From Octopus sinensis (taxonomy: Eukaryota), in the NCBI RefSeq assembly GCF_006345805.1, contig NC_043006.1, positions 103,974,001-104,038,000 on the forward strand: a DNA stretch of 64,000 bases, given 5' to 3'. Positions 11,749 to 24,624 of this stretch are shown here, piece by piece. Position 1 is the stretch's first letter. Every line of letters begins with the position of its first letter. The translations under genes and the position numbers were made by a program. Under the pieces are notes generated by a model. It had not been told where the DNA came from and did not search any database. It saw only the letters and a list, made by a program, of their open reading frames with translations.

Positions 11749-14700
11749 TGTTTCTTTATTAGCCACACAGGGCTGCACACAGATAGAACAAATTACAAGG
11801 TAGAGCTTTTCTTTTGAAGATTTAAAAAAAAAAAAAGAAAAAAAAAAAGAAGGGGGAGTTTCGATCAAAAGGGATCGTAAAAGGGAGAAAGAGGACAAAA
11901 AAAAAGGGGGGTTAAAAAAAAAAAAAAGGGGGGGGAGAGAAAAAAAAAGTGATCAATAGGGATCGTTATCACAGAAATGTCAATATGAAGTGTAAAGGGG
12001 AGGACAGGTGAGGTTTACCCGTGGAAAGAAAAGCCTACGGAAAAGACCACGGTAACCTCGGTCAATGAAGTCACATTTATATTTCTTTTTTTTTTTTTTT
12101 TGCAATAAAAAGCAACTCTCTGTTTTCGATTTCTGGGTTCATAGGACTATGCTCAAGGTGGCTTCGTCATTAATACGTGCCATTCTGCTACATTCACCCA
12201 TCTTTTTTTAAAACATTCGCTAGACAAAAACTGCCTCTCTACTCTCACTTTCCTTTTCAAGTGGTACTTGAAGAAGTTGATGAGAGATTGACAGTGAGGA
12301 AAGTGTTTGTCTCCAATCCTTTCAGACGCGTCCACCAGATACATTCTTTCGCCATAGCCACAAGGATGATGAAAATAGCTCTTCCTTCCCGTTTGAAGGA
12401 AGGAGGCGTAACAATATTGACGATAGACTCAGCTGATAAACCGACTCGTCCCACACGTGACAGCAGTTGTTCGACATAAGCCCACAGGTCGGAATTGTTG
12501 GACACTGAACGAGTGCGTGCAGAACGGTTTCGTCGCTCTGACCGCATCTCGGGCAGGTCGCCCGTGTTTCTCGAGCCGTGTCTGTAGAGCTTATCCCGAA
12601 CGGGTAGCGCTTCTCGGTAGCACTGCCAGGCCAGGGATCTCTGGAAGTTGTCCATGGGCCCTGGCCCGAAAGTCGTCCCGAACAGGCGGGTCAGGTACTC
12701 CTCGTCGACGTCCAGGTTGCCCCGAGCTCGTCGTCGTACCTCCCCTCCACTAAACCCTATAGAATGCTTTGGTTGTGTTGAAGTCACTTAAGGTCGACCC
12801 AGGACGGCAGAGTTGCTTGAGAGCAACGCGACACTCGCGGTGCCATTCGCCCTTCCTCGGCCTTTTTGATCCACGACTGCAGTTCGGTCATGGAGACGAG
12901 CTGCGGGAAAGCGTGCCTCACAAACGGCGACCACACCTGTTCACCGTCGTCTACATAGAGCCAGAGATGTCGCAGTCTCCAGCGCGTGTCTGCGCATCAT
13001 CAACCACGGCATGCCCAGCCCTCCTTTAACGGGTGTTGACAGCAAATGGATCGCCTGACCATCGGGACGATCCTTTCCACAAGAAGCGAAAGAGGATGCG
13101 TTGTAGTTTGGTGATGGTAGGGTCGGGACAAGGTACGACGTCAGGCGGTAGTAGATGACGGACGCGATGTACGTGTTCGCCACCTCCGCTCGACCTTTTA
13201 GGGACAGTTTCCTCTCGCCCATTGCCGGGCGAGAGTGACCACCCTACTCGTTATCTCGTTCCAGTTCTTCTCCACTTGGAGGTCCGGACCAAACCAGACC
13301 CGAGAAACTCAACCGGGCCGTCGGTCCAGCGTCCCACGACGGAGGCGCTGGTGGACGGCATGGGCTTGCTTCTCCAGGTGCCTAGTCGCAAGCCCACTGA
13401 ACATTTCCCGGTTGATTTCGCTCCTGTCACCGCTTCGTAGTTTTTCAGTGTCTCGCCGACCAGCTCGATGTGCTCGGCTAGACACTATGACGGTGACGTC
13501 GTCCGCGTATGCAGACACGCTCGTCCCGCATCCAATTCTCGCGGGATGCCCTTAGAGTCGCCAGCTTCCGCAGTAGTGGCTCAAGAGTCAATACGTATAG
13601 AGCGCGAGAGGGGGCATCCCTGACGGACCGAACGTGCAATGTCGAAAGGTCTCGATAGATGTCCATTTACGCGAATTACCGAACGGATGCCTCTGTACAA
13701 GGCAGCTATCCAGCCGGGAAGACGGGACCGAAACCAGCCGCTCTCAGGACTGCCTCCAAGTATCGATGGTCTACCCTATCAAAGGCTTTCGATTGATCAA
13801 GTTGATCAGGGCCCCACCCATGCCAGGTTCGTTAACTACCCTGTCTATGATGTAGCGCATTAGATGGAGGTTGTCATGGATGGTCCGGCCTGGCACGGCG
13901 CATGTTTGCGCCTTGTCGACCAGTTTCTCGATGACAAGCGCCAACCTCTTGGCTAGCACCTTGGCCAAAATTTCAAGTCTGCATTAAGCAGAGTGATGGG
14001 CCTAAAGTTATCTAACATTTCCCTGTTTAGATCTTTCTTCAGCAGTGTTATGGCTCCTCGGCTCACAAACCAGGAATGCTCCCGTTTTGCTGCCAGTTGC
14101 AGTACACCGCCGCCAAGAGATCTCCAAACAAGTCTGGCATACAATTGTAAAGCTCGTAGGGTAGACCATCCAAACCGGTGATTGATTTGTCCCTCGAGCA
14201 TTCTGCCATCGCTTCCCGCACTTCCGCCGCCGTGATGGCACCTTCGCAGCACCCTGCCTTTCTTGTCGAGAGTCGTGGTAGGCTATGTAGGTAGGCACTG
14301 AAGTCCACCCTACGTTCTTGCCCTCCACTCGTTCCGAACAGTCGGGCAAAATGCTGCTGAAAGGCCTCCACATTTTACTTGCTCGAGCAATTCACGCCCC
14401 TGTTCATCTACCAGTGACCGAATGGTGGCTTTGTTGCCCTGTTGCGCCTCTGCCACCCGGGCCTCTCTCGCGGCTCCAACACCTTCGTTCCTTAGAGCAC
14501 GCATCCTAGCTCTGACAGCACATCCTTCGTGTTTGGCGTTGAAGTGTTGGTCGAGGGCCAACCTCGCCGCCAAAACGTCGGATGCGATGCCGCTTCTAAT
14601 TGCCTCTTCTAGCTTCTTAACTAGCTCACCCTCTACTCTATTTCTATCTATGGCTAGTGCTTTGCTGTACCTAATCGCTTCTGCTTTTACTGCTCTCTTG

Positions 14701-16025
14701 AGGGCAAACCACCATTTGTTGTTAATGATGGCTCCCGTCAAAGCCCTCTTTGCTAGTGTGCTAATCCGGTCTCTGAAAACTTGTCTCGATGGGAAGGACG
14801 CGTTTAGTTTCCAGTATCCGGGACCCTGCCTAAGTGTCTTACCTAAGTCTAGCGTACATGTCACAAGTTTGTGATCCGTGTAGCTGACTATGTGGAATTG
14901 TGGACATCCTATGCTATCACTATCTACTGTCCTACACAGTATCCTATCTAGATACGATCTCGACGACCCGATGCGGTTGCTCCATGTCCACGTTGGCGCA
15001 TTCGGGTGGTCTAGTCGGAACCTGTCAGACAGTTGAAAGCGTCTGAGCAGGTCTCTGAGGCATTTGCATCCCCGTCTATTCCTATCTCTACCCACGTAGT
15101 CTACATGCGTGTCCAAGGTAGCATTCCAATCCCCCACTAAGAGTAAAGGACGAGACGTTCCCAAGAAAACTTCTAGACGTTGAAAGAAATCCGCCCGACC
15201 TGTTAAGGGCGGTGCGTAAACTGATACGAGTCGAAAAGCGCACCCATTGCTGCCGTCGACATCCAGGACGACCAGTCTACCCTCCGGGTCTACGAATATT
15301 GTCCTTACATTGAGATCCAGACTCTTGTGAAAAAGTACCGCGGTGCCACTACCGCCCATTCTCGGCAGACAGGGGGAAAAATAAATGTTGAATGTCCGCC
15401 AAACATGGTCTTTAGGGCCCGCGGATTGTGGAGTCTGGTCTCGCTTATGGCTATGATTTCTAACTTATGTGACTTTATGTCATTTAAGAGGTACCCTGTT
15501 TCCAAGGGGACCCCAAGCCACGCGCATTTACACAACCAATCTTGATCATAGTTCTAATGAATTAGAATACAGAGGGGTACTTACTGCTCGAAAGTTTTTG
15601 CTTTCTCCTCGTTGGTTTGTCCTCGAGAAGATCCCAGTACAGTTTCTTTGTGAGATATTTTTGGCATTTACCAACCGCACTGGGGAAAATGCCTTTGAGT
15701 GTGTGGTGCAGACTTTTGGAGATGTGTACTATTTTGATGTGGTCTGGTGGTGTTGTGTATGGGTGATTGTTTGTTTTATGTCATCTTCTTCTGTTATGTT
15801 TGTTTTTGATTGGATGTATTCCATCAAATTGTGTTTTTGGTGTCTTATGGCTGTGAGCATGTTGCTGTATATGTTTTTGTGGTGTTGGTGTGGCTGTTGT
15901 TTGCGTTGGGTTTTGAAATGTCTTCGTGAGATGTATTTCACCCTGCTTTGTTCGTGTTTGCATTTGGTTTGGTTGTGTTTCTGCTCTTTATTTTCCTTCT
16001 TTTTGTAGCTATTTGCCATTCCTCG
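11749..16025 (-). mobile_element. 5'-truncated Tx1/L1-clade non-LTR retrotransposon (ORF1 C-terminus, ORF2, 3' UTR) inserted in a (GATA)n tract
   Basis: Minus-strand APE, RT and CCHC motifs in order. About 400 bp of U/C-rich 3' UTR ends in GCCCTGTGTGGCTAATAAAGAAACA. (GATA)n lies on both sides (about 11597-11748 and 16026-16288). Confidence 0.95.
12153..15549 (-). pseudogene. Tx1-type ORF2 (APE endonuclease, reverse transcriptase, CCHC), multiply frameshifted
   Basis: Starts MIKIGCVNARGL. APE motifs ISETRL, VSVYAPP, VGDWNATL, YLDRIL, TDHKLV, GPGYWKLNAS. RT motifs GLDGLPYELY, NFRPITLLNAD, TCAVPGRTIHDNL, KAFDRVD, VRQGCPLS, SAYADDVTV, GGLGMPWL. C-terminal CPRCGQSDETVLHALVQC. The motifs are spread across ORF-track pieces, including a stop-free 349-aa piece. 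Confidence 0.93.
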
Positions 16026-16097
<72 letters not shown>

Positions 16098-16188
16098 CAG
16101 ATTGATGGATAGATAGATAGATAGGTAAATAGATAGATAGACAGATTGATGAAAGATAGATAGATAGATAGATATATAGATAGGTAGG

Positions 16189-16273
<85 letters not shown>

Positions 16274-16516
16274 TGATAGATAGATAATACAAGGCAAAAC
16301 AAGAGAGATTGTAAAATATATAGTTGAAAGATGGTTATCAGTTATGTAATGTACTTTAGATAATCGAATTGCATAGTCAACTCTTCAGAGATGCGTAACT
16401 CTCATTCGCATTTTAGTGGATTAGTTACAGCGTTGGCATCACTGATTCAGCAATCAAGTGTGTGTCTGGTGTGTGTTTATGTATGTATGAAGGTATGTAA
16501 ACATACACATATAGAC

Positions 16517-16580
<64 letters not shown>

Positions 16581-16608
16581 ATATATATATATGTATGTAT
16601 ATATAAAG

Positions 16609-16646
<38 letters not shown>

Positions 16647-16750
16647 TAATCCAAACAAGAAAACAAAAACAAAAAAAACAACAACGCAAGGACGTGGAAC
16701 AAAAATAAAGTATTATTGGACGCTCAGGAAAGAAGGGAAGAAGGAAGGGG

Positions 16751-16785
16751 GTTTGACGTTTCGAGCGGAGCTCTTCGTCGGAAAC
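16751..16785 (-). ncRNA. Minimal type I hammerhead-ribozyme-like motif (Penelope-associated)
   Basis: GUUU CCGACGA A GAGC UCC GCUC GAAAC GU C AAAC, with perfect 4-bp stems I and II. Confidence 0.6.
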
Positions 16786-16901
16786 ATAGGAGAAGGAAAG
16801 ATCCCGAGAAGGGAAGACAGGGGAATAAAATCGCTAGTGATACAGACGAGGTCACATATGTATATATATATATAAAGATATATATATATATATTATATAT
16901 A

Positions 16902-16988
<87 letters not shown>

Positions 16989-17051
16989 CTAGCTTCCTTT
17001 GACGTACCTACGAAACTTAAGTTGTATGGAGCAAAATCAAACTGTTATTAA

Positions 17052-17095
<44 letters not shown>

Positions 17096-17096
<1 letters not shown>

Positions 17097-17761
17097 CCAG
17101 TGGAACTTGGAACGAGACAGTGGCACACATTGTGACAGAATGCCCCAATTTGGCAAAAAAAGAATAAGAAATGGTGGCACAACCAGGTTGTAAAAGTTTT
17201 ACTTTGGAAACTGGTGACACAAATGGAAAATTTGAAACTGGAAACACATGATAAGTGATCGAGTTGAAAGAGTGCCAGAGTTGGAGAAATGTAAGAATTT
17301 GTGAGGCTTTCAAATTCAAGCGGACAAGAAGTTAGAAAACAATGGACCAGATATTAGAATCGTAGATAAGGAAAATCGAAGTCACTCACTTATCGACCCA
17401 TTCTGCCCACTTGATTCCAGGATCGAATAGGAAAAGGAAAAAAAATACAAAAAAATATAATCCATTAAAATTTGAAATAGGAAGAATTTGGAGCATGCGC
17501 ACAGTAAAGATCATGCCTAAAATAAATGGTGTGTTGTAAACAGCAAACCAAGACATGGATAAATGGCCGAGGCAGAGCGTAATAGAATACCCGGTGGAGC
17601 TCCTACATAAAGTTTGTCTCTTAGGAAGAGCAAGGATCATCAAGAGACCCCTAAGCACTTGAAAGACTGCAGAAAACTTGTGGTTACCTGCAGTTACTGG
17701 CAGTAAACCGCTATCGACAATCCCTACTAAGAATAAGACCTAACCTGAGACGAACCAAAAT

Positions 17762-17762
<1 letters not shown>
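17096..17762 (+). mobile_element. 3' fragment of an R4/Dong-like RLE non-LTR retrotransposon inside (TAA)n
   Basis: Degenerate translation ETVAHIVTECPNLAKK (CCHC end), PDIRIVDKENRSHSLIDPFCPLDSRI..EK..KYNPLKFEIGRIW (PD-(D/E)xK-type RLE) and ELLHKVCLLGRARIIKR. (TAA)n lies at 17053-17095 and 17763-17806. Confidence 0.8.
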
Positions 17763-17806
<44 letters not shown>

Positions 17807-17822
17807 CCTTTCTAATATATAC

Positions 17823-17855
<33 letters not shown>

Positions 17856-18375
17856 AGTATATATATAAGTATACCGTACCAGATGTTTATCGATGACATC
17901 TCCTGCCACCAACATATCACTGCTTGTCTAAAGTTATTAAAGCTCTTCTCCTATCACTTCTCAAGAATTAATACAAACCTTTCAAAAAGTGCATAGCTAT
18001 ATCTGTCGGCGATCAAAATTCCAATTAACAGGTAATTTAGCCTTCTCCTATTAATTCAGGAATGTATGGTAATTGAGGATATATATATTACCAATAAAGT
18101 AAACGATTCCCACTGATTAAAATGCTAAAAGAATTTACTATATATATATCTATATATATATATATATATCAATTCAATGACAGCCAATTAAAAAGAAAAC
18201 GAATAAAACACGAAATGAAGTAAAAAGCGAACATGAAGAGGTGCACAAGAAGTGTACTAAGTTGACCCTCGGTGGAAGGGGAAAGTTGAACATAGACGGC
18301 TCTCCGTGGGAAAGGAGAAAGGGAAAAGTGCAAACGGCCCACGTGTGTTATGCATGTATGAATGTATATGCATGT

Positions 18376-18427
<52 letters not shown>

Positions 18428-18481
18428 TGTGTGTGTGAGTGTGTGTGTGTGTGTGTGTGTGAAGTCTGTGTGTGTGTGTGT

Positions 18482-18799
18482 GAAGACGCATGGCTCAGTG
18501 GTTAGAGCGTCGAGCTTACGATCGTGAGGTTGTGAACTCGAATCCCAGTCCGGGCTGCGTGTTGTGTTCTTGAGCAAGACACTTATTTCACGTTGCTCCA
18601 GTTAACTCAGCTGTAGAAATGAGTTGCGACTTCACAGGTGCCAAGCTGTTGGCCCCGTTGCCTCCCTTGGAACTCAGTGGTGAGGGGAGGCCGGTATGCA
18701 TGCGAGCTGGTCTTCAATACAACCTTGCCCGAATTGTACCTGGGAGGTAGTAACTTTCGGGGCAATACCATGGTCTGTGTCGTGACCGAAGAGGGTCTC
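18482..18799 (+). mobile_element. tRNA-derived SINE family C (CORE-like centre)
   Basis: TGGCTCAGTGGTTAGAGCG (A box)..AACTCGAATCCC (B box)..TGTGTTCTTGAGCAAGACACTTATTTCACGTTGCTCCAGTTAACTCAGCTGTAGAAATGAGT..GTGACCGAAGAGGGTC. Confidence 0.88.
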
Positions 18800-19080
18800 A
18801 AACTATAATATATTATATATATATATATATATTATAAGATATATATATTATATATTATGTGATATACACTACTTGGAAACCGAAAGGAAACGAACGACTG
18901 AGGGTGCTCAGTTATGCAATAATTAATAAATAAAATATATGCAACATCACATATGTGTATGTACCACATCTACATGTATTATAATACATGCATATATAAA
19001 TATAATTGTGGACACCACAAAAGACGGAGACCTCAACGAGAAAACGAAAACGTAAAAAACAAACATGGAAAACCTTGTTA

Positions 19081-20366
19081 CGAGGGACGTTCAATAAGTA
19101 AGCTCTGACTTCACTTGCAAGTGTTGATCTGCTGAAATTGTGCATGTGCAATCATTTAATATCTCTATAGAGTAAGTGGCAAATTACAGCTCTGAACTAT
19201 TGTGGTTTCTGATTTACATGTGTTTGAACCGAGTCAAGTGTGAAATGGAGCCTGTGGAGTGTCGAGCAGTGATCCGGTTTTTGTATTTGAAAGGACGCAC
19301 ACCACGGGAGACTTTTGATGAAATGAAAGTAACTTATGGTGATGATGCCCCATCATATGACCTTGTAAAACGCTGGTATCGGGAATTCAAACATGGTTGG
19401 AACTCTGTGGAAACAGCTCCCAGATCTGATCGCCCCACTTCTGCCATTGATGAGGCATCTGTACGTCAAGTTGAGCCTGCCATTTTGGAAGATCGACGCA
19501 TTATTATTCGCCAAATAGCCCATGAGGTCAAGATTAGTACCGGGTCTGTGGAAACATCATTCATGACCATTGCATATGCAAAAGGTGTCTGCCAGATGGA
19601 TTCCCAGGTTGCTCACGCCTTTCAGAGAAGCAAGAACGCGTCGAGTGCTCGAGGTGAATTTGGAGATGTGCCAAGAGATGAGTCAAAATTTTTCAAAAGA
19701 CTGATTACACAGGATGAAACCTGGGTCCATCACGATGATCCAGAGACCAAAGCCCAGTCAATGCAGTGGAAGCACCGTGACTCACCCCCTCCAAAGAAGG
19801 CAAGGGTGCAGCCCTCCGCTGGCAAGGTCATGCTCACAGTCATCTGGGACCAGGACGGAGTAGTGATGACAGATTTCCTGGCAAAGGGTACCACAATTGC
19901 AGCAGCCTATTATGCTTCACTTTTGAGGAAATTAAGAGAAGTTATCAAAATCAAGAGGCAGGGCAAGATCAGCAAAGGCATCCTCCTCCTGCAGGACAAC
20001 GCTCCGGTCCACAACTCGCGTGTCGCCAGATCAGAAGCACAGGCGTATGGCTATGAACTCCTCCCCATCCCCCCTACTTTCCTGACCTTTCACCCTCTGA
20101 TTTTCACCTCTTCCCAATCATGAAGTTGTTTTTGAAAAGAAAGCGTTTCCCAGATGATGCAGCCTTGATTTCTGAAGTCACGTTGAGGTTGGAGGACCAA
20201 GCTGGGTTCTCCTACAAAAACGGTCTCCAGAGCCGCATCAAACGATGGGAGAAATGCATAACTCTGGGTGGTTCCTATGTAGAAAAAGACTAATAACTGT
20301 GCCAAGTTTCATTGCTCTACTGCTATGGGAAGTGGGTCAGGGGCATTACTTATTGAATGCCCCTCG
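19081..20366 (+). mobile_element. Full-length mariner transposon (1286 bp, TA target duplication)
   Basis: TIRs CGAGGGACGTTCAATAAGTAA and TTACTTATTGAATGCCCCTCG. TA at 19079-80 and 20367-68. Confidence 0.96.
19245..20293 (+). pseudogene. Mariner DD34D transposase with frameshifts
   Basis: MEPVECRAVIRFLYLKG N-terminus; SARWIPRLLT (WVPHEL-like, in a shifted frame); ITQDETWVH; LLQDNAPVH; YFPDLSPSDFHLF; ends GSYVEKD*. 34 residues separate the second and third D once the frameshift is corrected. Confidence 0.93.
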
Positions 20367-20572
20367 TATTGTTTGTCTTGTTCTCTGTTTTTTCGTTGAA
20401 AAAAGGTCCGTTTCCATGTTTGTTTTTACGTTTTCGTTTCTCGTTGAGTTCTACGTCTATTTGTGGTGTCCTGTACTCACGTATATATATTTATATATGC
20501 ATGTATATATACATGTAGATGTAGGTACCTACATATAGGTATGTATGTATGTATGCATATATTTTATTTATT

Positions 20573-20628
<56 letters not shown>

Positions 20629-20631
20629 TAC

Positions 20632-20850
20632 TCTTTTATTCTTTTACTCTTTTACTTGTTTCAGTCATTTTACAGCGGCCATGCTGGAGCAACGCCTTTA
20701 GTCGAGCAAATCGATCCCGGGACTTATTCTTTGTAAGCCCAATACTTATTCTATCGGTCTCTTTTGCCGAACCGCTAAGTGACGGGGATGTAAACACACC
20801 AGCATCAGTTGTCAAGCAATGCTAGGGGGACAAACACAAGCACACACACA
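20632..20850 (-). mobile_element. SINE family A, 3' half
   Basis: Matches the 3' half of family A. Confidence 0.85.
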
Positions 20851-20886
20851 CATATAGATATATATATATGTATGTATGTATGTATG

Positions 20887-20919
<33 letters not shown>

Positions 20920-20959
20920 TTATGTGTGTATATATATGTATATGTATTTATATATAAAC

Positions 20960-21012
<53 letters not shown>

Positions 21013-21780
21013 GTTATATATATACATATATATACATACATAAATATATAGGAATGAATGTGAATTAAAGCAAGTTAGGCAAGTCGGTATACAAAAGTAC
21101 ATTTAATACAAAAATAGTAGATATGTATACGTATAAAAAAAGTCCGACGTACACAGAATAGAAATGATATCCGAGATTAAATGGGTTAAATAAGAGATTT
21201 ACGAGTCCAACAGCTGTTTCTGGGGGCGTGATGGTCTAAAATAATAATTGTGATTGATTCCATCATCGGATACCACCAGCCTTCTTCAGGGAAGAATTTT
21301 ACATTTGAGGTGTCGACGGAATGGAGTTTAAAGAATTTTTTATATGTATACATATGTACATTCTTTTGTATTATATGTATTTTCATATTTCTTGTATATC
21401 GATTTGCCGAACTTGCTTGTCCTTCCTTTCACGCCTCTACCTGTTCAAGTTCAAATCTCTTGAGCTCTATGAAGTGTATTCTGTAAGGAGAATTCTTGTC
21501 TCTAGTGTGTGTGTGTGTGTATGTGTGTATGTGTGCGGGTACTGAAAGGCCCCTGGCTTTAGGAGTCTCACGAATGACCAGGCTGAATGTCCAGCCTTCC
21601 GAGTTCTTTTATAGGACTTAGAATAACTGAAAGACCGATGCGGTAAATGTGTGGAATATGTTCAATAAAATCGTAATTAACTACTCCTGTATTTTCTTTT
21701 ACCCAAAGACAGGGACTTCCACCACTTCCTCTTACACACACGCATAAATATATATATGAAAACCTTTGTCTTTATGTTTA

Positions 21781-22299
21781 CCATAAATCCTCGAGTATAG
21801 TCCGTCCTTGTGTATAATACGCAGGGGATTTTTAGGGGGCTGTACCTCTGAAAAACCTAAACCTTGTGTATAATACGCACCCCTTCTCTAACTTCAGTCA
21901 AGTAGGTCTATATAACGTCCTTGGTTTGTAAAAATGTATACGGTAACGTACTTTATTATTGTTGTATTTATAACTTAATGCAAACGTGTAGCATTTTTGA
22001 GCATTTTGTTTGCAGAAAATAAAGAAGTAACGATAATAACAGTTATAACGTTTAATAAATGTTGATTACTGCAAGTTATGGATGATCTTTTTATGAGTTC
22101 ATTGTTTTCAGGCTTAGCTTAAGGTATTTTCACATCCGACATCACAAAATTTGTCTGAATAAACATAGCCAGACACCAAGTGGAGACTCGGACATTACTT
22201 AGAAAATAATTTTCATTTTTAACTTCGTGTATAATACGCACAAGGGGTTTTGACCTTTAAATTTGGGGGGAAATGCGGGTTATACTCGAGGATTTACGG
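21781..22299. mobile_element. Tc1/pogo-like MITE
   Basis: TIRs CCATAAATCCTCGAGTATA and TATACTCGAGGATTTACGG. TA on the left. The internal motif TGTATAATACGCA occurs three times. Confidence 0.8.
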
Positions 22300-22464
22300 T
22301 TCTCATAATAAAAACAATTTTACTCCTGATTTAAGGTGTTACTCTATATTTCTGTAGAGTACAATCTTATTCTTAAATAAGAGTACCATTGACTGTGACT
22401 TACAAGCTTCGGCCAGTCAAACCATCGTCGTTAAACCATATGTATACGTGTGTGTGTATGGTAA

Positions 22465-22738
22465 AGACCCATGTAGGTCATGAATGACCATGGCATTGTA
22501 ACTAGACAGTTACCCCGCTGAAGCATAAGTCCGGGTAAGGTTGTATATGGAAGACCTGAAGTTACCCATACGTCCTCCACGCCACCCAGGGTATCCAAGG
22601 GAAAGACAAAGGCCGATACACTTTTGCATCAGTGACATCGCAACTCAATTCTACAGCTGAGTGAACTGGGGCAACGTGAAAACAGCCAGGTCCGGGAATC
22701 GAACTCGCTACCTCATGATTGTGAGCTTGTCACGCCTT
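22465..22738 (-). mobile_element. SINE family C, diverged
   Basis: Reverse-complement match with an internal deletion. Confidence 0.8.
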
Positions 22739-22744
22739 TGATGT

Positions 22745-22953
22745 TCTTTTACTCTTTTACTTCTTTCAGTCATTTGACTGCAACCATGCTGGAGCACCGC
22801 CACTAGTCGAGCAAATCAACCTCCAGGACTTATTCTTCGTAAGCCTAATACTTATTCTATCGATTCCTTTTACCGAACCGCTAAGTTACGGGGACGTAAA
22901 CACACAACCATCTGTTGTCAAGCGATGCTGGAGAAACAAACAAAGACATGCAA

Positions 22954-23035
<82 letters not shown>

Positions 23036-23125
23036 GATGCACTCATAAGGCTTTGGTTGGCCCGAGGCTATAGCAGACGACACTTGCCCAAGGTGCCAAG
23101 CAAGCTGCTTACCACACATCCACTC
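22745..23125 (-). mobile_element. SINE family A with internal deletions
   Basis: Family A tail, body and shortened head. Confidence 0.85.
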
Positions 23126-23131
23126 CTGCTC

Positions 23132-23219
<88 letters not shown>

Positions 23220-23279
23220 ATATATGTGTGTGTGTGTATATATGTATATTAAATATGATATATATAATATACATATATA

Positions 23280-23315
<36 letters not shown>

Positions 23316-24032
23316 AACACATATGTTATTAGTTTCTGCACTAAGGACAATACGCTTCGCTGAAGAGATGTAACTAGTGTGGAACATGTTTCCCTAGTTG
23401 CCTTCAAATTTCAGTTCAATCGCTCGGCAAAGCCATTTACATTGTCTACATTCATCACAAGTTTCACTTCACTACTCTTACTAATATTTTTTCTTCCTTG
23501 CTCGTATGCGTATTCCTATACAATAAAGGGGCGTGTGCTCGTGTTTACATATTATTTTTATATTTATCTTTCAAATAGCTCTTTATAGCAAAATGTTGCC
23601 TATTAACTGCATAAATATACTCAGTAGATCGAATTTATGTAGCTTGCTATACTACGTAAGTGAAACCCTACCCGATACGTATTTAGAATACAGTATTATA
23701 GTACCCTGAGGTATTTCCTCCCCACCCTTAATGTTGATTCAATAAATAGCTGTGTTGCCGCGATGAACTGATAAGCAATGTCATATGATATTCTATACGT
23801 ACATACACACATCCATACATATACATACATATATATACATAGCCATGTTTATATGTATTATGTATATATGTACTAACGTGTATGTGTGGAGAGAGAGAGA
23901 GAGAGAGGGAGCGTGTCAGTGTGAAGAGTGTGGCTGTAGGAGAAATGAGAGCAATTAGAAAATACACGCACGCAAACCCCAGCAAACACATATTCAAATA
24001 TTATATATACATACAGACAGACATACAGACAG

Positions 24033-24073
<41 letters not shown>

Positions 24074-24369
24074 AGGATAAGCATACAAATAATTACACAC
24101 ACAAACGGCCCCATACATTGACGTCCATGCATACACACTTACTCTCTCACATTTTCACTTTCAAACGCACACACGCAAACATACAACCAATACACTCACA
24201 GAAAATGTCCAATGTTCTTCTGAAAATACGACACATTCAAAATATATACAGAAACGGGAGCACTCAACGTTGAGATGATTTTAAGATGAGAAAATCTGAA
24301 GTAAACTCGACTGCTTTTACAAACGAGGATACTAAAAAGGAACCCGACCGATCTCAAAAATGAAGTAAA

Positions 24370-24580
24370 AAAGAAAACAGGGAAAGTAATCCAGAATCTT
24401 TGTCCCATACCGGATCGATCCCCAAATCTAATCAGTTCGTGGCAGTCTCGGGGCCAAATATCCCTGAATGTTTCATCCGAATCCATCCAGCGGTTCTTGT
24501 GATATCTTGTCCACGGATAAATAAACAAACAAACGCGACTGAAAACAATACCTCCGTCTCCGTTAAGGTGGAAGTAATAA
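24370..24580 (+). mobile_element. Helentron-associated (HINE-like) non-autonomous repeat
   Basis: CCCCAAATCTAATCAGTTC..AATCCATCCAGCGGTTCTTGTGATATC..AAACAAACAAAC..GAAAACAATACCTCC..GGTGGAAGTAAT resembles the widespread Helentron-type end; recognised from memory. Confidence 0.5.
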
Positions 24581-24624
24581 TTCTTTCTTCTACAGGAACA
24601 AAGCCTGGAACTTAGGATGAGGAA

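Noticed and set aside
18482-18560. tRNA-like A/B boxes as tRNA genes
   Set aside because: They continue into multi-copy SINE bodies and show no complete cloverleaf.
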